Numbered from the stretch's first letter, positions 25,781 to 38,683 are shown. The stretch: DNA of 64,000 nt from Octopus sinensis (GCF_006345805.1 NC_043006.1:68758001-68822000), one strand, 5' to 3'. Translations and numbers: made by a program. Notes: generated by a model not told the origin, from the letters alone.

Positions 25781-25973
25781 TGTATGTATTTTAATGTTTG
25801 TTTTTATGTTCAGTTATAAGAACAATTTTACATTAATCTGATGGGTTACTCTACACTTTTATTGAGTACAAAATTATTCTTAAACATGAATGTTTTTGAC
25901 AGTGACTTCAAAATCTCGACCAGTTACATACATTCATATACATATATATTTATGTATATATATATATTAAATG

Positions 25974-26008
<35 letters not shown>

Positions 26009-26034
26009 CCATATTATATAATATCCTTATATAG

Positions 26035-26088
<54 letters not shown>

Positions 26089-26627
26089 TACATACACGCG
26101 CACACACACACACATACACATGCACACACTGCTTAATACGCCTCAAAATTTTTGTCACATTCAAAAATTTAATCACTTTTTGCTCCATAAGATTTATCCT
26201 ACTTTGCCAATTTTGAGTCGGTTTTTAGGATCAGATTTCTCTCATTTAGATCGTTCAGAAAAGCTGAATTAAATTAATTAATTTTTCTAAAATGATGGAC
26301 ATACGATAGCATAAAGATGGATTTGGCCTTTACTTTCTGATTTGACTACTTTTTGTTGCTCAATTCTTTTTCTGTGGCATCAATCTTGAGGTATTAAATT
26401 TCACTCATTTAGATAATGTAACAAAATTTAAACTGTACTGAATTGTCTTTTAAAGCAACAAAGATATAAAGATTTCAAGACGATATTCGGCGTTAATCCG
26501 TCTCCCGATGGATACCTTTTATAGCATACGTTATTCTACTGCACTAGTCTTGAGAAAGTTTACAAATTAACCTTCATTCATTGAGATCGTTTAAAGTGTA
26601 GATAAAAAAAAGGAAAATAAAAACTGC

Positions 26628-26796
26628 TAGGCCCAAGCCTGGCTGTTGTGGTAAGAAGCTTGCTTTCCAACCACGTGGCTCTATGTTTCAGTCCCACTGT
26701 GTGGAAACTTACTTGGACATGTGTATTCTACTATAGCCTCGTGCCGACCAAAACCTTGAGTGGATTTGGCATATGGAAACTGAAAGAAGCTTGTCG

Positions 26797-26798
<2 letters not shown>
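26628..26798 (+). mobile_element. SINE family A, 5' half
   Basis: TGGCTG.TGTGGTAAGAAGCTTGCTT...GGAAACTGAAAGAAGC. Confidence 0.7.
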
Positions 26799-26838
<40 letters not shown>

Positions 26839-26975
26839 AAAATATGTACTTACATACAAGACCAAAAAGGGCACGGGCGCCGCTATATATATATGTATAT
26901 GTAAAAAAATACAAACTGGGACAAGAACGCAAAGCATTTAGAAGACGATACAAAAAACACGGACGGGACATTCGA

Positions 26976-27072
26976 AGCCTTCAATCTTCAGTCAAGAACC
27001 GGATCATCCTCGCAATTTCGGCTGATTAATATTGAGATTGCTCCGACCTGGCCAGCCCCAAAGGAAAATCTA
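26976..27072 (-). ncRNA. Strand-permuted hammerhead-like motif, family 1 (copy B1)
   Basis: GGCTGG...GCAAT-C-TCAA...TCAGCC-GAA-ATTGC...TTGA-CTGAAGA. Confidence 0.7.
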
Positions 27073-27717
27073 AGCCAAGCGCATTAGATTCCTTGGAAGA
27101 AAGCCTCGAATGTATACAAAACAAGGACGGGAATGAATAAGAATACAAAAATACGTAAAAATGATAATGATAACATGAATAAGAATACGAAAATACGTAA
27201 AAACAATAATGATAATAATAATAACAAAAACAGGACGTCACAGATGGGCGTCTTTTCGACAGGACGGGTGAACTTGAGCTGGCGCATTAGAAAAATGGCT
27301 TGAGGCGAAGAGAGAAAAAAGATGTGTCTAGCTTCGGCGGCTGCTAACCACGAAAAGGACAGCAGTCCAAAGTTAGTCAAGTTTGAGGAGAAGAGAGAGG
27401 AAAAGAGGGACAGAGGAAGAGAGAAAAAAGAGGAACAAGGAACAAAGGAGGAGGAGAAGAGAAGAGAGAGAGAGAGAGAGAGAGAGACAGATCAAAGTGG
27501 AGTGCAAAGTGTGAAAGGCAGAGAAATGTAGGAGAGGAGGGAGAGAGAGACAGTGTTATAGAGTCGTACCAAGTTTAAAGAAAATATGTACTTACATACA
27601 AGACCAAAAAGGGCACGGGCGCCGCTATATATATATGTATATGTAAAAAAATATAAACTGGGACAAGAACGCAAAACACTTAGAAGATGATACAAAAAAC
27701 ACGGACGGGACATTCGA

Positions 27718-27814
27718 AGCCTTCAATCTTCAGTCAAGAACCGGATCATCTTCGCAATTTTGGCTGATTAATCTTGAGATTGCTCCGACCTGGCCAGCCC
27801 CAAAGGAAAATCTA
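27718..27814 (-). ncRNA. Strand-permuted hammerhead-like motif, family 1 (copy B2; G12>A)
   Basis: GGCTGG...GCAAT-C-TCAAGA...TCAGCC-AAA-ATTGC...TCTTGA-CTGAAGA. Confidence 0.6.
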
Positions 27815-29539
27815 AGCCAAGCGCATTAGATTCCTTGGAAGAAAGCCTCGAATGTATACAAAACAAGGACGGGAACGAATAAGAATACAAAAATACGTAA
27901 AAATATTAATGATAACACGAGTAAGAATACGAAAATACGTAAAAACAATAATGATAATAATAATAACAAAAACATATATATATCAGGGGCGACTCCAGAT
28001 CATCATCGTCACTCGGGCCCATCAGAGATTTGGCATGACACATGCCTGCTCGAAGAATTTCAAGTTTTTGTGCTTTATTTTAAGCCCACAAATGGCTTAT
28101 TTTTTTATATCGAGCACTATGACTTTCTCGATTTCTAATTTAAGGGTAAGATAAAGCAACCCTGCAAAACACTAATCTTTACACGCAGACGCTCAGAATA
28201 ACAGCAATTAAATAACAGCGGAGTGCACAACAAACATCAGCTATCTGACTGTCGCCTGTACACTTGACAAGAGTCTTTTACACCTACCAAGCTCGTTCGT
28301 AGTAGCCAAAGTTGCTTGGTAATTTTTCGTTCCTTAAAGAATATTGTAGAACGGAAACTTTTCATAGATTGGAATTTAAATTCTAATCTCTAAGAAACAT
28401 TGAATTGTAATTACTTTTAATTTTTACGATTGGAGATAACAATTCGGGCTGTAATTTCTGAGCCCGAGTCAGGCGCTTGTGAACGATGTCGAGAGAACGT
28501 CTGCTATGAATGATATTTTTTGACACAGGGCACCTCTAAGACGACAGACAGGCGCTGAACGAAAATAAACGAACTGCGACCAGGCTCAATAAAAAGAGCC
28601 CGAGTTATTGGCTGAAATTATTATACTTGACCAATATTTTTCAAGCAATGAACAATTTTCATCAAAACAATGATATAATTTGTCGACTTGGAACTTATTG
28701 CAAAGCTGCATGATAAACATTTTTTGTTTTCCTATTCGTGGGGTCAGTGCATTTTTTTCTGTTTAACCTCTTTCTTTCTCTCTCCCCCCCTCTCTCTCTA
28801 TCTCTTTCTCTTTCTGTTGATTGTTTTCAACCATCATCATCACCAGTACCACCACCACCATCGCCACCACAACTGCTATACAGACACACCATTCAGCCTT
28901 CCGACGCCACCACCATCAACACCTTTGACTTCACCGCCTTCCCCTCCACCACCATCACCACTGTCTTTCACTTCCCTTCCTATCACCGTCGTCCCTGACC
29001 TCCTCGGCTACCACTACCACCACCACCACCACCACCACCACCACCACCACCGTCGCCTCTATCACAACTACATCTCATACTATTACCATCACCCCATTAC
29101 CATCACAACCGTCAATCTACTACCGACCTCACACTCTCTATGCCTACTATTACTCTCATCCCAGCAAGAGGAATAGTAGAAGTGTCATTGAATAGTGTGA
29201 CACACTGACACACAGAAATTCGTTTTAGCATTTATTATTATAGATACACACATATATTATATAACTGGCTTAAAAAGAGACAAAATTTAGATAATCATTC
29301 TATTGTTATGGTTTACATCAACATAATAAATATATAAAACACAATAATTGCAGCAAAACAAGGATATTGTAATTATTGTGTTATATGTATGTATTATGCT
29401 GATGTAAATCATAATTATAGAATGATTATCTAAATTTTGTCTCTTCTTAACCCATGTTATATAATGTCTAGCGTCTCGGGTTCAACCTGAGTACTTCCAA
29501 GCAATTGTGGAAAAAACATTTTTAGAAAGAAAAAAACAT

Positions 29540-29581
<42 letters not shown>

Positions 29582-29620
29582 CACTCACACACACACACGT
29601 ACACACGCTCGTTCACGCAC

Positions 29621-30400
29621 ACAGGGTATTTGGGCTAAATTCGACAGTTTGCATGAAAGGAAAAGGAAACAATATCTCATCTAAAAACGAAAGTATTTCA
29701 AGCAAACAAAACACGTCGAGGAGATTCTGACTGGAAGATAACTGTTTATTCAAAGAAGCCATCCTCAGCCTCCACCGCGGCCTCAAGATGGCTTCGGAAC
29801 TTGGCGCATGCGTTCCTCACTACGTGGCTGGAAAGATCTTTAAACTCCTTAATCTTGGCCACTAGCTCATTGCTCGGTTTTGGTGTTGCATGCAAAGTGG
29901 CTGGTGTCTCCCTCAACTGCACGCCTTGTACAGTAATCCTAATCGGGGGATTTAGGAGGCCAGAAACTGGGGCTGATGAAATTTATAAATATTCTTCGGC
30001 AACCACTTCTGACGTTTTCCGGAGGCATGGCAAGAGGTAAAATCCTGACGCTACTCACCTATCCTTCCGGTAGCAACCTTCTCTAGCCAGGGTTTGCCCA
30101 CAACCCCAAACAGCTTCACGTAACCATCTGAATTGGATCTAATCTCCTGTTCATCGGTTGTCGGATGAACACCTGCGTGCGGATACAGTCATAACGCCTG
30201 CTGTGTCCATTCCTGTTGGCCACGTCTTCGTAGTCTCTGTTGCAGTTGTCCCTATCATGTCTTTACAGCCATTATAGTGCTAGCAGAACATTGAACAGCA
30301 GCCATGTTGTCGGCATTTGATACCCGGTGCAAACCTTCATGATAAAAGTAACTCTTCCAATATTTAGATGCCTTCCAGTCATCTAAATTTAATCTTCATA
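29621..30400 (-). mobile_element. Decayed Tc1/mariner-superfamily (maT/DD37D-like) element
   Basis: Minus-strand WPPKSPD and ACAKFRSHLEAAVEAEDGFFE* C-terminus; TIR-like end at 29621; related to 773-1230. Confidence 0.65.
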
Positions 30401-31106
30401 CTCTCCAACGCTGTTGACTGTTCACCAACACTTCAAGCTGTTCCTGAAAAAAGGGGGAAAAAGTAGATATAAAATATCGCTAACTTGTATATAATGTGAA
30501 GAGGAAATCGGCCGGAGTTGAATAATTTTTAATGACGTAATTTTATTATTTAACGTGGTCTCTTCCACAGTATCACAATTCTTTTAAGATAGCGTGTTAT
30601 CACAATTGTTTGCTTGCGTGCATGTGTGTGTGCATGTATGTGTATGTGTATGTGTGTGTGTGTATGTGCATGTGAGTGTGTGCCCGGACGCGCTGTGAGT
30701 GTGGACGCGCGCGTGTATGTATGTCCTTTTTAAACATACACATTCGATAACAATCTGCTTAATTAGCCCCCCGATTAATTACTTCCACCCCTGAATTAAT
30801 AAATATTTAATCAAATAATAGTTATTCACCCCGCTATGTTCAACACGACAGCACACAATCTCGTTTGTTCCACATGATATAGCACTCAACCACGTCTGTT
30901 CCGGTTCACTTCACATCATGTCGGATGTGCTTCATACTTAAATCCTGTTTTACAGTAAAAATTACATCAAAACTTTTATATTTACAACTAAGCAACATTT
31001 TTACTTTGTATTCAAATGTTTTCCACCAAAGACGAGTGTTTGATGTGAGAGTTAAAAACGAATTTTCTTCTTCAGCGATTAGCATGCACACACGTACGCA
31101 CACACG

Positions 31107-31155
<49 letters not shown>

Positions 31156-31333
31156 ATATATGCATACTCACATGCATGCATATGTGTGTTAATGTTTGTA
31201 CGTCACTGTGTGTTACATATTTAGCAAACATCAGTTTGAGATCAAATAATTTTACATATTACATATCATGTCACATCATATTTATGTGCGTGTAATATAT
31301 ATACATACATACACACACACATACACACACACA

Positions 31334-31378
<45 letters not shown>

Positions 31379-31589
31379 CAGTAATTATTTAGACTGCACC
31401 AGAGGATGCAACGCAACCAATTGTAAAATTTCCTACCCGCAAGGGACCAATGTAAGATGGGTCGAAACGATCGTTGTGATGAATAAAGATTCTCGTGAAT
31501 TTCATTTTCCGTTTTCCTCATTTGTTTATTTGTTACACACACACACACACACACACAACACACACACACACACACTATATATATATATA

Positions 31590-31631
<42 letters not shown>

Positions 31632-31635
<4 letters not shown>

Positions 31636-32052
31636 ACTGTTATTCTCCTTGTCCTGTTTTTTACTGTTTTTATTTGTATTGTTTTTACTGTCCTGTTTTG
31701 TTACCATTTACCCCTCCGCAAAAAAATCACAAATTTTATTTAATTTGTTTTGCGGGAAGGATTGTTTCAACGGAGTCATGTTTCGCCTTTACCTTCGAAA
31801 CATGGAGTAGACGAAGTAGAGGCGGCTGAAGAAGGGGAATTTTACTTGTGTTGTATGTCTTGTACTCTGTTTTTTCATTGTTTAAAAAAAATTGTCCGTT
31901 TCCATGGTTTTGTTTTATGTTTTCGTTTCGCATTGTGTTCGACGTTTTTTTTGGTGTCCTGTACCCATATATACATGTATATATACATATAGATGTAGGT
32001 ACGTACATATATGTATGTATATATCCATATGTTTTATTTATCATCTTTTTAT
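31632..32052 (+). mobile_element. Non-coding element in (TA)n carrying permuted HHR family 2
   Basis: Homologous to the reverse complement of 62082-62610 (shared GATGTAGGTACGTACATATATG tail). Confidence 0.75.
31742..31841 (+). ncRNA. Strand-permuted hammerhead-like motif, family 2 (copy D)
   Basis: GAAGG(P2)...CATGT-T-TCGCCTTT-a-CCTTC-GAA-ACATG...AGAGGCGG-CTGAAGA. Confidence 0.72.
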
Positions 32053-32195
32053 TATATATATATATATATATATATATGTGTATATAAATTTAACTATTAG
32101 ATATCCATAAGTCACACGCGATATGAAAAGTAGACCGGTTACATATTTATATATTGCTGAGTATTATATAACAAGTTATGTCATATAACTGGTCT

Positions 32196-32258
32196 GAGTG
32201 TTACCGTCGGTTTCACGCCAACTATTTCACTTGGCTATACTTACGTCTCTTTAGACTT
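32196..32258 (-). ncRNA. Decayed type I hammerhead
   Basis: GT-CTAAAGA-G-AC...GCCAA/TTGGC-GT-GAAA-CCGaCGG-TA-AC; G5>A. Confidence 0.4.
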
Positions 32259-32465
32259 GCTACCAGCCACCATGTCCGGTATATACCATAACCTGTAATA
32301 TTCTGCTCAGTGTTATATATATATTACACACAAACACGCGCGCGCGCGCAGAAATGAAGTGTTTTTTAGCAAACATTCGGATAAGATATCCAGTTTAGCA
32401 TAACTTTCTTCCTCGTACAATTTTGAGAGGACCTGTAAAGTGTATAGGCACTGCCTTTCCCTGAC

Positions 32466-32536
<71 letters not shown>

Positions 32537-32874
32537 GTGTGAGAGCTTGTGTGTATGTGAAAGCATATATATATTTATCTTGAGAAAGAGAAAGAAAGAG
32601 AGAGAGATAATTAAAGTTTTGGTCTATATGAGTGTATATGTACATGTATGTGTGTATGTAGGATGTGTGCACGCGCGCGTGCTATACACACTGTCCTCTA
32701 ACACATATCACAGTACAAATGGCGTCCAATCAGTGACAGTCTGTTAATTAGATTCCTAATTACCAGCCATTGTGTCTGATTTTCTTTTTCCGAAAATATT
32801 CTCCCGGCGCCGTTCTTCTCCCTTCACAATATCACTTCTTCCTCCTTCCACGCGCTTCCTCTTCACCCCTCCTA

Positions 32875-32905
<31 letters not shown>

Positions 32906-33445
32906 TCTTTACATTATAGAAGTTACAATGCGTCGTCCTCCTTCACCCTCATCTAACATTCCTCTTACCCTTCATACTCACCATCTTCCAGTATCCGCTA
33001 AAGCGCCTTCAAGTATACCCCTGACAGTTTTTTGCGGTATTAGGATCTGGCGATATAACGTTGGTGTGTCACGCTATTGAAATCATCCTCATCAAAACAT
33101 AAGGGACACCTCATGGACTCTTGCTATTGTTTTGTTAGTAACTGATAGTACTACACCTCCCTCACATATATGTAGATAAATGTATTTATGTATCAATAAA
33201 ATGCATATTGTCGTGTGTGTACGTTTGTATATATTATGTGTATACATATGCACACACACACACATATATCTATTTATACATATATGTATATGTAATGTAT
33301 GCTATATATGTCTGTATGCAAATGTTTGTGTGCTTGTGTGTGCGTGTGTATTTGTGTACGCGTGTGTGTGTGGGTTCCTGGTGGTGCTATTAAGTTATAC
33401 GTGGCCTGGGCCAATACTGGCTTAAACTTATTTAAGTATCTAATA

Positions 33446-33518
<73 letters not shown>

Positions 33519-33549
33519 TGTACGTATGTATGTCGGTACACATATGTAC

Positions 33550-33639
<90 letters not shown>

Positions 33640-33689
33640 CATTCAGGCAGAGACACACAGACACACTTTTGAATGTACACACATGCAGC

Positions 33690-34130
33690 AAGTCTAAGGA
33701 CGACACAAAAGTAATAACAGAAATCAAGACAAGCGACGATATCTCTGTCCTCTTACAAGACCGAAACACCACAAACAAATGGATCAATGAAAATAGAATA
33801 TCGTTGAGCGTCACAAAATTCTATGATCCTTAATACAGAAAGAGGAAGAACCGTAGTTAAATGTTCTAATTGTCGCAAACGTGTAAATAATTCTATACTT
33901 TCGGTACGTTCCTCACCTGGACACATCAACGTTCCACACCTGGGCACGCAATCGTCAGACCGCATTTCTGTCACCAGGCAGTTGCAGTCTCACCCAATAG
34001 CATTCAGCAACCAGCATCACCCTCATTCAGTATCATTACTGAACATCGAATGACAATCAGCCTTAGAAGCAGTGAAACGCTTTTCACACAGAATCAAGTG
34101 TTCGAAATATTAGGAAAGCATATTTCACTC
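33690..34130 (+). pseudogene. Decayed CR1-like LINE RT fragment
   Basis: KDDTKVITEIKTSDDISVLLQD...KWINENRISLSVTK resembles ADDTK...LQ.DL..W...N.M.LN..K. Confidence 0.55.
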
Positions 34131-34205
34131 CTGTGAAACCTAAAGTAATGCAATTCTGAGTCTAAATATCAACTGTCTGTCGGTCTGTCTCTCTTTCTCT
34201 TTCTT

Positions 34206-34253
<48 letters not shown>

Positions 34254-34276
34254 ACACACACACACGCACACACATA

Positions 34277-35542
34277 CGAGGGACGTTCAATAAGTAATGC
34301 CCCTGAACCACTTGCAGTTGTTTGATCTAACTGAAATTTTGCATGTGCAATTATTTATATCTATATAGATTAAGTAGCAAATTACAGCTCTGAACTAATT
34401 GTGGTTTCTGATTTACAGGTGTTTGAACTGAGTCAAGTGTGAAATGGAGCCTGTTGAGTGTCGAGCAGTGATCCGGTTTTTGTATTTGAAAGGACGCACA
34501 ATACGGGAGACTTTTGATGAAATGAAAGTAACTTATGGTGATGATGCCTCATCATATGACCTTGTAAAACGCTGGCATCGTGAATTCAAACATGGTAGGA
34601 ACTCTGTAGAAACAGCTCCCACATCTGGTCGCCCCCCTTCTGCCATTGATGAAGCATCTGTCCGTCAAGTTGAGGCTGCCAGTTTGGAAGATCGATGCCA
34701 AATAGCCCATGAGGTCAAGATTAGTACCGGGTCTGTGGAAACTATCATTCATGACCATTTGCATATGCAAAAGGTGTCTACCAGATGGATTCCCAGGTTG
34801 CTCACACCTTTCCAGAAGCAAGAACGCGTCGAGTGCTCGAGGGTGAATTTGGAGATGTGCCAAGAAGATGAGTCAAAATTTTTCAAAAGACTGATTACAC
34901 AGGATGAAACCTGGGTTCATCACTATGATCCAGAGACCAAAGCCCAGTCAATGCAGTGGGAGCACCGTGACTCATCTCCTCCAAAGAAGGCAAGGGTGTA
35001 GCCCTCCGCTGGCAAGGTCATGCTCACAGTCTTCTGGGACCAGGACGGAGTAGTGATGACAGATTTCCTGGCAAAGGGTACCTATTATGCTTCACTTTTG
35101 AGGAAATTAAGAGAAGCTATCAAAATCAGGAGTAGGGGCAAGATCAGCAAAGGCATCCTCCTCCTGCAGGACAACGCTCCGGTCCACAACTCGCGTGTCG
35201 CCAGATCAGAAGCACAAGTGGGCGGCTATGAACTCCTCCCCCATCCCCCCTACTCTCCTGACCTTGCACCCTCTGATTTTCATCTCTTCCCAGCCATGAA
35301 GTTGTTTTTGAAAGGAAAGCGTTTCCCAGATGATGCAGCCTTGATTTCTGAAGTCACGTCGTGGTTGGAGGACCAAGCTAGGATCTTCTACAAAAACGGT
35401 CTCCAGAGCTGCATCAAACGATGGGAGAAATGCGTAACTCTGGGTGGTTCCTATCTAGAAAAAGACTAATAACTGTGCCAAGTTTTGTTGCTCTACTGCT
35501 ATGGGAAGTGGGTCAAGGGCATTACTTATTGAACGCTCCTCG
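34277..35542 (+). mobile_element. Full-length mariner (DD34D) transposon
   Basis: TA duplication on both sides; TIR CGAGGGACGTTCAATAAGTAATGCCC / GGGCATTACTTATTGAACGCTCCTCG; 1266 bp. Confidence 0.97.
34444..35469 (+). pseudogene. Mariner transposase with one in-frame stop (34999-35001)
   Basis: HTH N-terminus, WIPRLL, QDETW, LQDNAP, HPPYSPDLAPSDF; the sister copy has CAG at the TAG position. Confidence 0.95.
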
Positions 35543-36151
35543 TACATCTTTAAGAGTCGAATAATGCTCCTAACTAGTAGTTTCAAACGAAAAAGGAGTC
35601 ATGGCGTATTTATCGTGGAAATATATTCATTAATAAAAAACGGCTATTTTTAGAAAGGATAAACCTCCATAGTCTATTCTAGATCATTAATACATACTTT
35701 ACTATAATTTCTTTGATCCGAAATATTTGCTGGACTCTGTGTCATAACTTATTTTAATTGAAAATTACGCACACACACACACACACACACATGCACGTAC
35801 ACACACTCACACACACGCGCACGCACACACACACACACAAACAGACTCCTTCTCTCTCTCTCTCTCACACGCACGCATGCACTGACCTTTTTAGGGCCAG
35901 TTTCTCTTTTGCTGTGAATAGAGTTGAGAATAAGTGAAACATAATTAAGATAATTAAGATAATTTAAGATAAGAGAATGTAAACTGCATAATTTAGGACT
36001 TAGTATTTATGAGATAGAGCACTGTGAACTGACCCACCTTACTTTCTGTTTACTGTTATATCTATCTATTTATTTCTCCATCTCTGTCTGTCTGTCTGTC
36101 TGTCTGTCTCTCCCTCTCTCCCTCTCTCTTTCTATATATATATATATATAT

Positions 36152-37020
36152 TCTTTTATTCTTTTACTTGTTTCAATGATTTGACTGCGGCCATGCTGGA
36201 ACACCGCCTTTAGTCGAGAAAATCGACCCCAGAGCTTATTCTTTGTAAGCCTAGTACTTATTTTATCAGTCTCTTTGGCTGAACCGCTAAGTTACGGGGA
36301 CGGAAATGCAGCAGCATCGGTTGTTAAGCGATGCTGGGGGGACACAGACACACAAGCACACACACACACGCACACGCACGCACACACACACACACTAGCG
36401 CGCGCGCACACACACTCGCGCGCGCACACACACACTCGCGCGCGCGCGCACACACTCACTTGCGCGCGCGCACACACACAAATATATAAACACATATACG
36501 ACGGGCTTCTTCCAGTTTTCGTCTACCAAATCCACTCACAAGACTTTGGTCGGCCCGAGGCTACAGTAGAAGACACTTGCCCAAGGTGCCACGCAGTGGG
36601 ACTGAACCCGGAATCATGTGGTTGGTAAGCAAGCTACTTACCACACAGCCATTCTGTTATTTGTTTGTCATTTGACTGTGATCATGCTGGAGCACCGCCT
36701 TTAGTCGAACAAACCGACCCCAGAACTTATTCTTTGTAAGCCTAGTACTTATTCTATCGGCCTCTTATGCCGAACCGCTAAGTTACGAGGACATAAACAC
36801 ACCAGCATCGGTTGTGAAGCGATGGTGTGGGGACAAACACACACACACACACATACGATGGACTTCTTTCAGTTTCCGTCTTCCAAATCCACTCGCAAGG
36901 CTTTTGTCAGCCCGAGGGTATAGGTAGAAGACACTTGCCCAAGGTGCCACGCAGTGGGACTGAACCCGGAACTATGTGGTTGGTAAGCAAGCTACTTACC
37001 ACACAACCACTCCTGCGCCT
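36152..37020 (-). mobile_element. Two tandem SINE family A copies (36152-36651, 36660-37020)
   Basis: Complete tail, microsatellite and head twice. Confidence 0.85.
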
Positions 37021-37380
37021 ATATATATAATTGTTTTGAGAAAGAATATGAGTAATCAGAAATTCTCTCACAAAGATAATGTTTGCTCTTAGAAGTTTGC
37101 TCTTGTGAAGAAACGTAAGACCAGGTAATTTAATCCAGATTAAAAAAAAAATTCTATTATCTTACATATATATTTTTAATATATTTGTTTATTTATAAAT
37201 TTTAAAAAATTGTCTTTGAATATATATATATTTAATATGTATCATGTATATACATGTTCTTTAAATTCATCTGAAATCGGAGTCATGTTTATGGATTATA
37301 TTACCTATTTTCACGTTTCTTCATATTATACATGTGCACATATGTATGTGTGTGTTTGTGTGTAGTTGTGTGTCTAGACA

Positions 37381-37420
<40 letters not shown>

Positions 37421-37422
37421 CA

Positions 37423-37472
<50 letters not shown>

Positions 37473-37539
37473 GCGCACACAAACACACACACACACATCG
37501 TAGAGGTGCGTGGCTTAGTAGTTAGGGTATTACACTTTG

Positions 37540-37775
37540 AAGGCGGCGAGCTGGTAGAAACGTTAGCACGCCGGGCGAAATGCTTTGTGGTATTTCGTCT
37601 GCCGCTACGTTCTGAATTCAAATTCCGCCGGGGTCGACTTTGCCTTTCATCCTTTCGGGGTCGATTAAATAAGTACTAGTTACGCACTGGGGTCGATATA
37701 ATCGACTTAATCCATTTGTCTGTCCTTGTTTGTCCTCTCTATGTTTAGCCCCTTGTGGGTAGTAAAGAAATAGGT
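37540..37775 (+). mobile_element. SINE family B nested in another tRNA-headed SINE (37503-37540 and 37775-38010)
   Basis: AAGGCGGCGAGCTGG...AAAGAAATAGG; GTTAGGGTATTACA occurs on both sides. Confidence 0.8.
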
Positions 37776-38282
37776 TAGGGTATTACAATCATGATCGTAA
37801 GATTTGGTTCTCATCTCCTGGATCTAGTGATGCATTAGGTTGTAGAGCAAAACACTATTTCACATTCCTCCAACCTACTCAGCTGGCAAAAACAAGCAAT
37901 CCAGAGACTGAGCGGCGTCCTGACCGGCGTCTTGACCAGCGTTCTGACCGACGTCCTTCCGGGGATAGGAGAATATATATACGTCAGAGAATCCGGAAAA
38001 CCGGCCCTAAGGACCTTTGATTTTTTCCTTCCTATATATATATATATATATCTATCTTATATAGGATAAATTTTTTCTAAAAAACTTTTAACAATGGCCA
38101 GCATATTAAAAAATACCTTTAAAGGTTAAAATTATAAATAACTTATAAAACAAGACCAAAAAAAAAAAAAATTCTGATGCCAAATATGCCGAAAATAGAC
38201 AAATTGTCAATAACCAATATAATTTATCATTATTAATATGCGTCTCGAAACAAGCGACAGAAAATTCTAAAAAAATCCGTTA

Positions 38283-38343
38283 TTACCGTATTGGTCCCAA
38301 TTTCGGAGTTAATTCATAAGAATGTTCTCCTCGTCAGCGATAA
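38283..38343 (-). ncRNA. Type I hammerhead ribozyme in a ~320-bp (TA)n-flanked insert (38055-38372)
   Basis: TTATCG-CTGACGA-GGAG...CTCC-GAAA-TTGGgaCCAA-TA-CGGTAA. Confidence 0.85.
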
Positions 38344-38532
38344 ATACGTAAGACATAAATGAAATACTTACTATATTATATATATATATAATATATATTA
38401 TATATATATATATATAATATATATTATATATATATATATATATATACCGATATATATTCTTTTCAGTTGTATATTTAAGAGATGAGGAATTATGCACATT
38501 ATTTACATTTGATGGATAATAATAATAATAAT

Positions 38533-38587
<55 letters not shown>

Positions 38588-38637
38588 GAATCGAAAAATA
38601 CATTAGGAAAGGAAACCCAGCTACGAAATTTCCCCAA

Positions 38638-38683
38638 GACACCAGATGAAGGCTGGAGGGTATATCAGCCGAAACGTTGTGTT
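38638..38683 (+). ncRNA. Minimal hammerhead (U4>A in this copy) in an element with inverted termini (38465-38745)
   Basis: GACAC-CAGATGA-A-GGCTG...CAGCC-GAAA-CG-TT-GTGTT. Confidence 0.65.

Larger units (their letters stand above)
26836..27975 (-). mobile_element. Retrozyme-like element: 742-nt unit with ~400-nt direct repeats, in (TA)n
   Basis: 26836-27232 repeated at 27578-27973; each repeat carries a permuted HHR motif; no credible ORF. Confidence 0.85.

Noticed and set aside
28688-29176. 162-aa His/Pro/Thr-rich ORF
   Set aside because: Degenerate (CAC)n low-complexity tract.
31777-31804. Reading the permuted motifs as ordinary type II hammerheads
   Set aside because: Type II needs NUH and stem I between GAAA and CUGANGA; in all copies the P3 partner, NUH and P1 strand lie upstream of GAAA.
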